The position numbers and the translations under genes were made by a program. Below, piece by piece: positions 1-9,142 of a stretch of 64,000 nucleotides of DNA. Every line of letters begins with the position of its first letter. The first letter of the stretch is position 1. Origin of the DNA: a candidate division CSSED10-310 bacterium (lineage in GTDB: Bacteria > CSSED10-310); NCBI GenBank assembly GCA_003558985.1, contig PWNJ01000139.1:1244-65243 (forward strand), written 5' to 3'. The notes beneath the pieces were generated by a model, which saw only the letters and a program-made list of their open reading frames with translations, was not told where the DNA came from and ran no database searches.

Positions 1-1
1 T

Positions 2-2737
2 GATGTTTGCCAAACCGTTCGTATTGCACGTGAAATGAACATTCCAATCACCGCTCGTGGCGCGGGGGCAGGTCTTACAGGAGGATGTCTTGGAACCGGT
101 ATTGTGATCGATTTTTCCAGGTACATGAATCGGATATTGTCGATTGATGTAGATAATCGAACAGTAGTTGCAGAACCGGGAGTCGTTCAAAATGATCTGA
201 ACCGTGCATTAAAAAAACATGGGTTGTTTTTTCCTCCAGATCCTTCCAGCTATATGTATTCAACAGTCGGAGGAATGACAGGTAATAATGCGGCAGGTCC
301 CCATTCCATTAAATATGGAGCAACTCTTGATTATCTGAAGTCAGTTTCTGCTGTTTGTGCCAATGCTGAAGAGTTTATATTTGAAAAAGATATGCACCCC
401 GATCAAGTCAAAGGGAATTTTTTTAAATCGTTGATCGTCGATCTGGGCTCATTATTGGCTAAAAATAAACATTCCGTGCAAAACAATCTTCCCAAAACAA
501 GAAAAAATTCCAGTGGATACCGTATCGACATTCAAGCAAGTGAAACGAACCTTGATCTGGCAAGATTAATGGCTGCTTCAGAAGGTACTTTGGGAATATT
601 TACTGGTCTTGAGCTCATCGTAAAACCGCTGCCCGAACATACCGGCATGCTGCTTCTGATGTTTGATTCTTTGCAGGCTGCTTGTGAAGCGGTTCCCATT
701 ATTACCGAAATGAATCCGTCTATGCTGGAAATAATGGAATCCACATTTATCGAACTGGTACGCAAAAGTGCATTTGATGTCGGCGTGCCATTTATACGTA
801 ACCTGGAGGCGTTGCTTTTGATTGAATTCAACGGCTCATCAATTGATCACGTTACAAATCATATTAATGAACTTGAAAAAATGTTTGTCGGACCTGGTCG
901 CCCTGCCATTGGTTCCAAAAAAGGAATTCAAAAAAATGAACAGGAACGTCTGGATAAACTGCGGCAAGCGGCAAGTCCAATTTTAAATCGCTACCCGGCA
1001 CCCTGTAAACCTGTCAAATTTATTGAAGATACCGTTGTCCCTGTCGCATGTTTACCAGATTATATTTCAGATTTGCATAAACTATTTAATAAATTTGATC
1101 TTACAGGGCTTATCTACGGACATGCAGGTGATGGTCATGTGCATGTTAACCCACTTTTCAATATCCATGACACCGGATTGATAGCCAAAATGACCTCCGT
1201 CGCAGAAACAACAAATGCTATCGTTAAACACTATAATGGAAGCCTTTCCGGTGAGCATGGTGATGGATTATTACGAACACCATTTTTAGAAGATTTCTTT
1301 GGTCCGATTTATCCGGTTTTTAAAGCTGTCAAACAACTTTTTGATCCGGACAACATATTGAATCCGGGCAAAATTGTGCGAACAGGTAATGAACGCTTTA
1401 CGGATAACCTGAAAATAACAGATCACAAACAACAACGAGTTACTGAATCATTACTGGACAACCAAACTCTATTTGAACAATTGTTCAAATGTAGTAACTG
1501 CGGTGCATGTCGGCAATACTGTCCGGTGTTCAAAGCGACAATGGACGAACGCATGTCACCCAGAAGCAAGGTAAATTTGTTGACTCGAATTCTTAGCAAA
1601 CGCTTTCCTGCTGAAAATGAAGTAATATCCCCGGATTATCGTTCGGTTTTCGACCTTTGCATTCATTGCAATACATGCCTTACCGAATGTCCGTCGGGCG
1701 TCAATGTGCCATTGTTAATGATGAGCGCAAAACATGTTAACAATGACCATAATGGTGGTAACATGAAAGATCGCCTGTTAAGTGATACCGGAACTATTGT
1801 CACACTTGGAAAAACATTTTCGGTTCTTTCAAATAAAGTTCTGAACAGTTCATTCGTTAGAAAAACACTCGAACGGACTCTGGGACTGGATCAGCACGCT
1901 CCAGTGGCTGAATTCACCAATACCGGACTGGCAGAAATTGCATCAGATCTTACTGTTGCTGGCGGAACTCCTGTTGTCTATTTTCCGGGCTGTTCAGCAG
2001 AAGCCAATGATCCCTGGGGCGAAGGCGCAGCGACATTGTCTGTATTGTCCCACCATGGGTTTTCACCTGTATTGCCTAAAGTCAAATGCTGTGGAATAGC
2101 CGCTATATCATCCGGCCTTCTGGATTTTGCTCGCTCCGGAATGGAAGAGAATGTTCGTGTTCTGCATGAACTGGCTCGGGGCGGAATGAAGATAATCTGC
2201 AGTTCTCCTAGTTGTGGACTTGCATTAAGGCATGAATACCCGGATATCATACAATCAGAAAGCGCGGACTATGTTGCTAAACATGTCGTTGATATTCATG
2301 AATTTCTAACCGATCTGTTAAGTAACGGAAAACTGGATATGCGATTTCTGCCCCGAAACATGTCTGTTGCTGTTCATCAACCATGTCACTCACGCGCAGT
2401 TGGCGCTGGCGAATATCCAATTCGTCTTCTGGAAATGATACCCGGCTTGAACATCCACGTTTTGGAATCGTTATGTTGCGGTATGGCCGGCACTCATGGC
2501 TTAAAAAAACATACATTCCACTTTTCAAGACAAATCGGCAAACGGCTCTTTCTGGAAATTGAGCAAGTCACACCAGAATATGTTGTGTCCAGTTGCGGAG
2601 CCTGCAGAGTTCAAATTGAGGCAGTCACCGGCATTCAAACTGTTCATCCGGTGTCACTGTTAGCAGAAGCATATGGTCTTTTACCACTGAAAGCGGGAAT
2701 AATAAAACAATCTATGGCAATTTCATCAGATCATTAA
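2..2737 (+). CDS. FAD-linked oxidase (GlcD / D-lactate dehydrogenase-like) fused to a GlcF-like Fe-S / CCG oxidoreductase domain; 5' end cut by the window edge
   Basis: The frame of ORF 35..2737 stays open back to nt 2 (DVCQTVRIAREMNIPITARGAGAGLTGG, a FAD-binding PCMH-type motif), so the true N-terminus lies upstream. It has the GEHGDG motif, two ferredoxin-type cluster motifs (CSNCGACRQYCP, CIHCNTCLTECP) and two Cys-rich CCG-like halves (KCCGIAA, CCGMAG). Confidence 0.85.
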   Translation, partial: DVCQTVRIAREMNIPITARGAGAGLTGGCLGTGIVIDFSRYMNRILSIDVDNRTVVAEPGVVQNDLNRALKKHGLFFPPDPSSYMYSTVGGMTGNNAAGPHSIKYGATLDYLKSVSAVCANAEEFIFEKDMHPDQVKGNFFKSLIVDLGSLLAKNKHSVQNNLPKTRKNSSGYRIDIQASETNLDLARLMAASEGTLGIFTGLELIVKPLPEHTGMLLLMFDSLQAACEAVPIITEMNPSMLEIMESTFIELVRKSAFDVGVPFIRNLEALLLIEFNGSSIDHVTNHINELEKMFVGPGRPAIGSKKGIQKNEQERLDKLRQAASPILNRYPAPCKPVKFIEDTVVPVACLPDYISDLHKLFNKFDLTGLIYGHAGDGHVHVNPLFNIHDTGLIAKMTSVAETTNAIVKHYNGSLSGEHGDGLLRTPFLEDFFGPIYPVFKAVKQLFDPDNILNPGKIVRTGNERFTDNLKITDHKQQRVTESLLDNQTLFEQLFKCSNCGACRQYCPVFKATMDERMSPRSKVNLLTRILSKRFPAENEVISPDYRSVFDLCIHCNTCLTECPSGVNVPLLMMSAKHVNNDHNGGNMKDRLLSDTGTIVTLGKTFSVLSNKVLNSSFVRKTLERTLGLDQHAPVAEFTNTGLAEIASDLTVAGGTPVVYFPGCSAEANDPWGEGAATLSVLSHHGFSPVLPKVKCCGIAAISSGLLDFARSGMEENVRVLHELARGGMKIICSSPSCGLALRHEYPDIIQSESADYVAKHVVDIHEFLTDLLSNGKLDMRFLPRNMSVAVHQPCHSRAVGAGEYPIRLLEMIPGLNIHVLESLCCGMAGTHGLKKHTFHFSRQIGKRLFLEIEQVTPEYVVSSCGACRVQIEAVTGIQTVHPVSLLAEAYGLLPLKAGIIKQSMAISSDH

Positions 2738-5007
2738 AGGTCATCATCATTATCGCCAGCGCTCAACATCAATTCTGCTATTCCACAGGTTGCCAGTTGG
2801 CGCTCCATTATCTGCACTGAATCAAACCGTGCATCGGGATCCTTCTCAAGACACTTTAAAATCAGCTCATTCAGCCAAAGCGGAATCTCTGGGTTCAGCT
2901 CAACAGGCGGTATCGGCATACTCTCCACCTGATCAACAAGTATTTTCATTGCGTCGGGATTGGCAAACGGAGGTTTACCTGTTGCCATTTCGTATAAAAT
3001 GGTTCCCAAAGAATAGATGTCACTTCTGGGATCTGTCTGCTCACCTTTCGCCTGTTCAGGACTCATATAATCGGGGGTTCCAACAACAAACTCCGAATCA
3101 GATTCCATAGCGCTCTCAATTACTGTAGCTATTCCAAAATCAACCAGTTTTACCATACCTTCGTCGTTTATAAGAATATTTTGAGGTTTGATATCTCTGT
3201 GAACAATTCCACGCCTGTGAGCCGCCCATAATCCGCGACAGGTCTGAGTCATTATCGGGATGATTTCTTCAGTGGTCATAATACCTTTTGAGCGAATGAT
3301 CACCTTTAAATCCCGACTGTGAAAAAACTCCATCGAAATATACAAATGGTTTTCCAGCTTTTCAAAATCATACAACTGAACAACATTTTCATGGTGAACT
3401 TTTCTTGCTAATGTCACTTCCCGTTTGAAACGCTGGACCATTTCATGGTTATGTGTATATTTTGACTTTAACAGTTTTAGAGCCACTTCAAGGTTAAGCT
3501 CTTTGTCAAGAGCCCGATATACCTCTCCCATACCACCCGATCCGGCTTTGCTTTTAATAATATATCGTTCTGCAATGATTTTTCCTGGAGAAAACTGGTG
3601 CTGCATAGTTGTGGCATTATTGTTTCTGATCTCTGCCAAAATAGCAGCCAATCTGTCCAGACGATCTCGGACATCCTTAAAATCCAGATCATATGCTGAT
3701 AATTCCTGAAACAGTTTGTGTGCTTCCTCATACTGGCCCCTGGAATCAAAGCTGCATGCCAATTCATATTTTGTTTCCAGGTTATCAGGCGCAACACTCT
3801 CTTCGACCAGAAACTTCAGATATTGATCATAGGCAATCTCAAAACTGCCACGACGCAAAAAAGCTAATCCAAGCGCATTACGTAATGACGGCATTCGATC
3901 ACCCTGGCCCCAGGCTCTCTGAAGAACTCGAATAGCCTCATCAAGATTACCAATTTCCATCAGGATTTCGCCTGCTTTCAAAGGTTTTCCCGCTTGAGAA
4001 TATAGTTCCGCGGCTTTCTTTACATCACCAAGCTTCTCTCTCAATTCCGCCGCCTTTTCCACTTGACCGGTTTTTTCCAGTAAAGTGGAAGCACTGGCAA
4101 GATTATTTGTCTTAATAAACATTTCTATCGCTTTGGTAACATTGCTTGCCAAATGATAACGTTCTGCGGCACGACCATAATCTTCTGCACTCTCATATGC
4201 GCCTGCTGCCATTTCATGTTCACCGATTTCATCAGCAAGGTTCGCCGCTCTCACATACTGTCTTTGATTTAGAAGATTCTGTACTTTTAGCAGAGTGGCA
4301 TGTGTCTTTTGACCCGTTTCTTCGTAAATCTCGGCTGCAAGATCAAATCGCCCTGCTTTTTCAAGCCATGACGCTGCTTGAGCAAGATTACCTGTCTGTT
4401 TGCAAAGGGATACAGCTTTGGGGATATCATCAGCCTGGAAAAAATGATGTGCAGCAAGATCATATTTGTCTGTTTTTTCATAAGCCTTAGCCAGAAGTTG
4501 CGCTATATACTTTCTGGTTTTCTGAAGACTTTTATGAGGAGAATCTGTGTTAAACGCAAGATTTTTTATCTCTTTTTCCAGACAATTTATAGCCCGTTTG
4601 AAGTTACCCCTCTCCAGATACAATTCCCCTGCTTTCTGAAAGTTTCCAGCTCGTTCATACATTACTGCTGCATCAATAATAGCGCCCGATTTGTCATACA
4701 TATCTGCAGCCAGCAAAGGAAAGTCGGCTTTTTTATACATCTCTGCCGCTTTATAATACTCTTGCATTTGTGTATATAAATCAGCCGCTTTGACATATTG
4801 TCGGGCCTTTACAAGATATGCCGCAGAATCTTCCAGCCGCCCTAACCGTTTTAAAAGAGATGCTGATCGTTCATATGCCTTAGCCAAAGAATACATTTCC
4901 AAAGCCTTCTCATACTCACCAGCATCCTGATATACATCACCGGCCCCTTGATAATCTCCGGCTCGGTGGAGTTTTTGAGCAAGCCTTTGAAACTTCAAAA
5001 TACACAC
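2734..5007 (-). CDS. Hanks-type Ser/Thr protein kinase with the kinase domain at the C-terminus and an N-terminal 13-residue repeat / TPR-like solenoid
   Basis: All kinase motifs are intact: GSGGMGEVY (G-loop), VALKLLK (beta3 Lys), HRDIKPQNILI, DFGIA, GTPDYMSPEQ, DIYSLG. The N-terminal ~370 aa are AAxxYxxxGxxxK-type repeats. Confidence 0.9.
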   Translation of the reverse strand: MCILKFQRLAQKLHRAGDYQGAGDVYQDAGEYEKALEMYSLAKAYERSASLLKRLGRLEDSAAYLVKARQYVKAADLYTQMQEYYKAAEMYKKADFPLLAADMYDKSGAIIDAAVMYERAGNFQKAGELYLERGNFKRAINCLEKEIKNLAFNTDSPHKSLQKTRKYIAQLLAKAYEKTDKYDLAAHHFFQADDIPKAVSLCKQTGNLAQAASWLEKAGRFDLAAEIYEETGQKTHATLLKVQNLLNQRQYVRAANLADEIGEHEMAAGAYESAEDYGRAAERYHLASNVTKAIEMFIKTNNLASASTLLEKTGQVEKAAELREKLGDVKKAAELYSQAGKPLKAGEILMEIGNLDEAIRVLQRAWGQGDRMPSLRNALGLAFLRRGSFEIAYDQYLKFLVEESVAPDNLETKYELACSFDSRGQYEEAHKLFQELSAYDLDFKDVRDRLDRLAAILAEIRNNNATTMQHQFSPGKIIAERYIIKSKAGSGGMGEVYRALDKELNLEVALKLLKSKYTHNHEMVQRFKREVTLARKVHHENVVQLYDFEKLENHLYISMEFFHSRDLKVIIRSKGIMTTEEIIPIMTQTCRGLWAAHRRGIVHRDIKPQNILINDEGMVKLVDFGIATVIESAMESDSEFVVGTPDYMSPEQAKGEQTDPRSDIYSLGTILYEMATGKPPFANPDAMKILVDQVESMPIPPVELNPEIPLWLNELILKCLEKDPDARFDSVQIMERQLATCGIAELMLSAGDNDDDL

Positions 5008-5134
5008 CTCCAGCTAATGCAAGTCTATAATATACGGATTTTGCTCTCTCGTCGATAATGATTTGTGTCTTTTCATTTAACTTGAATTTTGTTAAAAATA
5101 GCAGATGGAAAAGATAGATTGACGGAGTGATGAA

Positions 5135-6112
5135 ATGCCGGCAAATTTAACACCTCAGTATAAAGCTGCAGAAGCACAGTATAAACAGGCTCAAACGGCT
5201 TCAGAAAAAATACAAGCTCTGGAAGAAATGTACCGTGCTATTCCCAAACATAAAGGTACCGAAAAGCTATGCGCCGATATCAAACAACGACTCTCAAAAG
5301 CACGTAAACAATTGGAACTGTCACACCGGTCTCAAAAAAAAGGAATTTCATTTCATGTCGCACCTGAAGGAGCTGCACAAATTGTTTTGGTTGGACCTCC
5401 TAACAGCGGAAAATCTTCAATTTTAGCTGGTTTTACAAATGCTAATGCGACGGTTGCTGACTACCCTTTCGCAACACAAAAACCTCTGCCCGGGATGCTG
5501 CACTGGGAAAATGTGCAGTTCCAACTGGTGGATTTACCACCGTTGTCTGACGAATTCTACGAACCCTGGGTACCCAGTCTGGTCCGGGTCAGCGATATGG
5601 TTCTTCTGGTTGTCAGTATGGATACCATTGATCAGGTCGATACCATTTTGAAAATAATGGATGATTGCAAAATTTCACTGGTAAACAACTACGCCAGTTC
5701 TGATTACCACGGCAGAATTGTAAAAATTCCAGCTATTATAGCAGCAACCAAAACCGATTTTCCGGATGCTGAAATCAGTCTTGAACTTCTGAAGGAAACC
5801 TGTGAGCATCTAAGCATATTACCCCTGTCAGGAAACAATCCGGGCGATGCTGTTATTCTGGGACGAAAAATATTTGAAACTCTTGAACTGGTCCGGGTAT
5901 ATACCAAAGCGCCAGGAAAAGATGCAAATATGAATCAACCTGTTATCGTCCGCAAAGGCTCCACGCTTATTGATGTTACCAGCGAAATACACAAGGATTT
6001 TGCTGAAGACATGAAATATGCCCGGGTTTGGGGTTCTGGCAAATTTGACGGACAGAAAATTCAGCGTGATTATATTGTTGAAGAGGGTGACATTTTTGAG
6101 TTTAAAGTGTGA
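5135..6112 (+). CDS. DRG/Obg-like GTP-binding protein with a C-terminal TGS domain
   Basis: G1 is GPPNSGKSS, G2 region is YPFATQKPLPG, G3 is VDLPPL, G4-like is ATKTD. The C-terminal RVYTKAPGK...YARVWGSGKFDGQKIQRDYIVEEGDIFEF is TGS-like. The N-terminal helical segment (KHKGTEKLCADIKQRLSKARKQL) resembles the DRG N-terminus. GGAG lies 8 nt upstream of the ATG. Confidence 0.8.
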   Translation: MPANLTPQYKAAEAQYKQAQTASEKIQALEEMYRAIPKHKGTEKLCADIKQRLSKARKQLELSHRSQKKGISFHVAPEGAAQIVLVGPPNSGKSSILAGFTNANATVADYPFATQKPLPGMLHWENVQFQLVDLPPLSDEFYEPWVPSLVRVSDMVLLVVSMDTIDQVDTILKIMDDCKISLVNNYASSDYHGRIVKIPAIIAATKTDFPDAEISLELLKETCEHLSILPLSGNNPGDAVILGRKIFETLELVRVYTKAPGKDANMNQPVIVRKGSTLIDVTSEIHKDFAEDMKYARVWGSGKFDGQKIQRDYIVEEGDIFEFKV

Positions 6113-6123
6113 TATAAAAAACC

Positions 6124-6573
6124 TCAAAAAGAATAGTCATTTTTAATCAGACGGGATAATTCAAAACTGCTTACAGTACCTACTATTCTGTTAACTTCGC
6201 GACCAAAACTGAACAAAAGGATAGTAGGCAATATGTCAATGCCATATTGTCGGCGACTTTCAGGATTTTCTGATATATTTAGCTCCGAGATAAGAATATT
6301 ATCCGGTTTATTCTCCATTTCCAGGCGAAAAAGAGTTAAAACCTTTTCACTTTCCTTTTCCCAGGGAGCCCAAAATAATACCATAACCGGTTTTTTAACC
6401 ATCATTATAAACTTGTCAATCGAAATATCGTCCAGAGGAAACATACCGGATGATGCTGTCGGAAACTGACAGACCGGGCAAAAAACCCGGTCTGTATCTT
6501 TATCTTTGTATACATGCGATTTTATTTCACATACAGGGCAGGTGATAAGAGGTGCAGAGGAAAAATCACTCAT
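6124..6573 (-). CDS. Thioredoxin-2-like protein (N-terminal zinc ribbon plus thioredoxin fold) lacking the CxxC active site
   Basis: The N-terminus carries CPVC...x17...CPVC. The thioredoxin-fold segment reads VLFWAPWEKESEKV where thioredoxins have WAPWCGPC. It also has the cis-Pro region GIDILPTILLF. It lies 2 nt downstream of the preceding membrane gene. Confidence 0.7.
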   Translation of the reverse strand: MSDFSSAPLITCPVCEIKSHVYKDKDTDRVFCPVCQFPTASSGMFPLDDISIDKFIMMVKKPVMVLFWAPWEKESEKVLTLFRLEMENKPDNILISELNISENPESRRQYGIDILPTILLFSFGREVNRIVGTVSSFELSRLIKNDYSF

Positions 6574-6575
6574 GA

Positions 6576-7280
6576 CTAATGCACTATTCCCAACCAGTCT
6601 TTAAAAATAAACACAAATCGACCAATTGCCAGTGAAATACGCGCCATGACTGTCAAACCGAATGAAGCTCCAAAACCTACCATTACAGCTAAAATTCCGA
6701 TATTGCTGACTGGCCTAAGAAAACCTTTGTGTTCTGCCGAGAAAAAGAAGTACACCAGAGTAGCTACAGTTGTCACAAAGATAAACAGTCCGTATATAAG
6801 GACCGACCAACTGCTGAAATCCGCTCTTGTCAGAATGGATGCTTCAAGCTGTCGGACAATAGATGCTTTGAAGGAGGCCGGTATAGCAATAGCTGTATAG
6901 TATCCCATAGTTATACCTATTGGAATACGAATCATCCATGAGATTTTCGGAATAAACCGGGTAATATACAGCGAGCCAACCATCATCGGTATAATAATGA
7001 AAAAGTTGTTGTCATTATAAGGATTTAAAACATTGAGTTCATCAAACGTAAAAAAGGCGGTTGTGAATCCCTGTTCCCGGGTCGTTCTGAAAGCGCCAAC
7101 CAGAGGATCAATCATATGGGGTATAACAACGTTGTACCACGACAGAACGATCGAATATCCGTTGGCAACACCAATAAACAGATGTTCTGCTGTTCGATAA
7201 AAGGCGTTATCATCATATAGAAAACTTAGAATCGCCAGCGTCAGAATTGCAGCTGTCCATGTCCAGAAATCTGTTGCCAT
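6576..7280 (-). CDS. Polytopic membrane protein (about 6 TM helices), unknown family
   Basis: I trimmed the start to the ATG (MATDFWTW...), which overlaps the upstream stop by 1 nt (TAATG) and is preceded by AGGAGG. The track ORF began at an upstream TTG (7325). Hydrophobic segments are spaced as about 6 TM helices. No motif was recognised. Confidence 0.7.
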   Translation of the reverse strand: MATDFWTWTAAILTLAILSFLYDDNAFYRTAEHLFIGVANGYSIVLSWYNVVIPHMIDPLVGAFRTTREQGFTTAFFTFDELNVLNPYNDNNFFIIIPMMVGSLYITRFIPKISWMIRIPIGITMGYYTAIAIPASFKASIVRQLEASILTRADFSSWSVLIYGLFIFVTTVATLVYFFFSAEHKGFLRPVSNIGILAVMVGFGASFGLTVMARISLAIGRFVFIFKDWLGIVH

Positions 7281-8188
7281 TATACACTCCTCCTGTTTTC
7301 TACGCGACGTTGCATGAAATAACAAAAATTTCCAATCAGAATCATTATGATGATTGCAATATGCGTTGCTGACTGGCTGCTCATGCCCTCGGTTGCCATC
7401 CTTCGTCCATCATCGTGCGGAAAATATTCAGCTATAAGCTGCTCATATTCCGCAGCTCCTTTCATACCTTCAAGCATTCCGGTCAATTGTCCTGAATCAA
7501 TATAAGGATAAAAATCCGCTGCTGAAACAGCAGTTATTCCCGCTGTTACCCTGATGCCAAAGCGTGCCTGAGCGAATGCGATGTATGTAATAGGCGTCGA
7601 GCTGGCTGATAACGACCCGATCATATCCATATTGCGATAGTTTCTAATCCGGTTATCCACCATGATCGGCATTGTTCTAAGGTCATCTCCATAAAAATCG
7701 CGCGGGAAAACGTCAAAGATATTTTCCCCAAGACCAAGAATTGGCACAATCGGTGGCGGCGTCCATCCCAGAAACACGAAATCCTCACCATAAACGACGC
7801 GACGTCCAACACCCCGTGCCGCTCTATTATTAAACTCTGTAGCTACCTGATTCAAGGCCTGCTCAGCTAAACCCAGTGATGCGGGAAACAGACACAAAAC
7901 AAGCACTTTTATATCACGATGAAAGCAATGACGAATCCAGGACACAAGCATTGGGTAAAGCTCTGGCTGATCCTGCGGATTCAGATCGGCTGATATCAAA
8001 AATACTCCGTTTTCATTTGGAAAGTTGTCTATCGCCTGAAACATTGCGCCGGTCGTTCTTTCAGCAACCCGGACAGGTTGGTCAAATGGAAAGATAATCG
8101 GTACAATCATAACAACAGCAACCATCAGGTATATTATTCTTCTGTCAACCGACATCATTTTTTGCCAGACAGTTTTTTCTTCCTGCAT
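7280..8188 (-). CDS. Bitopic membrane protein: N-terminal TM, ~245-aa soluble domain, C-terminal TM; unknown family
   Basis: TM segments are IIYLMVAVVMIVPIIFPF and ATHIAIIIMILIGNFCYFM. The start overlaps the upstream stop by 1 nt. No motif was recognised. Confidence 0.7.
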   Translation of the reverse strand: MQEEKTVWQKMMSVDRRIIYLMVAVVMIVPIIFPFDQPVRVAERTTGAMFQAIDNFPNENGVFLISADLNPQDQPELYPMLVSWIRHCFHRDIKVLVLCLFPASLGLAEQALNQVATEFNNRAARGVGRRVVYGEDFVFLGWTPPPIVPILGLGENIFDVFPRDFYGDDLRTMPIMVDNRIRNYRNMDMIGSLSASSTPITYIAFAQARFGIRVTAGITAVSAADFYPYIDSGQLTGMLEGMKGAAEYEQLIAEYFPHDDGRRMATEGMSSQSATHIAIIIMILIGNFCYFMQRRVENRRSV

Positions 8189-9138
8189 TATTCATCACCT
8201 CCGCCCAGCCAGGCACGTTCAATACCCAGAATAATTTTGAAAGATGTTGCTGAAGCGCCCAGACCAACTCCAATCATAATACCCCTTTTGGATGCCAGAT
8301 TAGGCACATCAAGAATCCATTGCCGCAAATCATGAAGCCAGGGTATAAAAACAGTCGCAAGTGGTATTTGACCCAACATTACAATGAATGCCGACACCAG
8401 CAATATGCCCGCATGAAGATTTCTCATTCTGAACGCCCGATATGCAGCAGAACACATGTAAAAAGCCAGCATTGCAAACATTGTCGAACCACAGGGAACC
8501 ATGATCCCTTCATACAATGCCTGCAAACTGATCTTGAAATCCGCTCTGTACCTTACTGTTTCACCCGATACCGGACTGATCATTGGGGGTATCGGTTCAT
8601 CAGCCATCTCGTATCCAGCATGTTGTAACTCAATTTCCTGGCGAAGCAATGCTGCATGATATCGACTTAAAAACACCTGTTCACCTTCCGGAGCATCCAT
8701 TTCCCGTGGTAAATCCATTAGAGCTTTGTCAGGATCAGCATAACTTGCGGGATTTGACATAAATGTATTCAGTTCGTCACGATTCATAAAGGCATATACT
8801 TTGCCCTCATGAGCCCCTAACATTGTTCCTCCAAAAATCGTCGGAAGACGTCCCTCACCACGAACACCGCCAAAAAGACCAACAAACGTCGTTACAACCA
8901 AAGCTATCAGCATCACATAACTGTATTGCCAAAAGCGGGCTTTTCGTCTGATTTTTTGAGAATGATGAAAAATAAGGCTCCCCAAACCCAGAATGATTGC
9001 GAAAGCTCCTACAATTAACAGCAGTCTGTTTCGAAGGAGATTATCAAAATTTCTGACAGGGGTTTTACCGACAAAATACGATATTCCACCCCATATCGCT
9101 AAAATGAACATGATTGTCATTGGAATCTTGCGTTTCAT
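8188..9138 (-). CDS. Polytopic membrane protein (about 6 TM helices with a ~110-aa hydrophilic insert), unknown family
   Basis: Three N-terminal and three C-terminal hydrophobic helices flank a hydrophilic central segment. It starts 4 nt after the upstream stop. Confidence 0.7.
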   Translation of the reverse strand: MKRKIPMTIMFILAIWGGISYFVGKTPVRNFDNLLRNRLLLIVGAFAIILGLGSLIFHHSQKIRRKARFWQYSYVMLIALVVTTFVGLFGGVRGEGRLPTIFGGTMLGAHEGKVYAFMNRDELNTFMSNPASYADPDKALMDLPREMDAPEGEQVFLSRYHAALLRQEIELQHAGYEMADEPIPPMISPVSGETVRYRADFKISLQALYEGIMVPCGSTMFAMLAFYMCSAAYRAFRMRNLHAGILLVSAFIVMLGQIPLATVFIPWLHDLRQWILDVPNLASKRGIMIGVGLGASATSFKIILGIERAWLGGGDE

Positions 9139-9142
9139 TATG

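Noticed and set aside
7278-7877. An apparent 1-nt discrepancy between my manual position count and the ORF track around 7280 and 7876.
   Set aside because: Positions before 6941 and after 8078 agree with the track, and the track translations are continuous. I attribute the discrepancy to my own counting of homopolymer runs, not to a frameshift or pseudogene. I kept the track coordinates.
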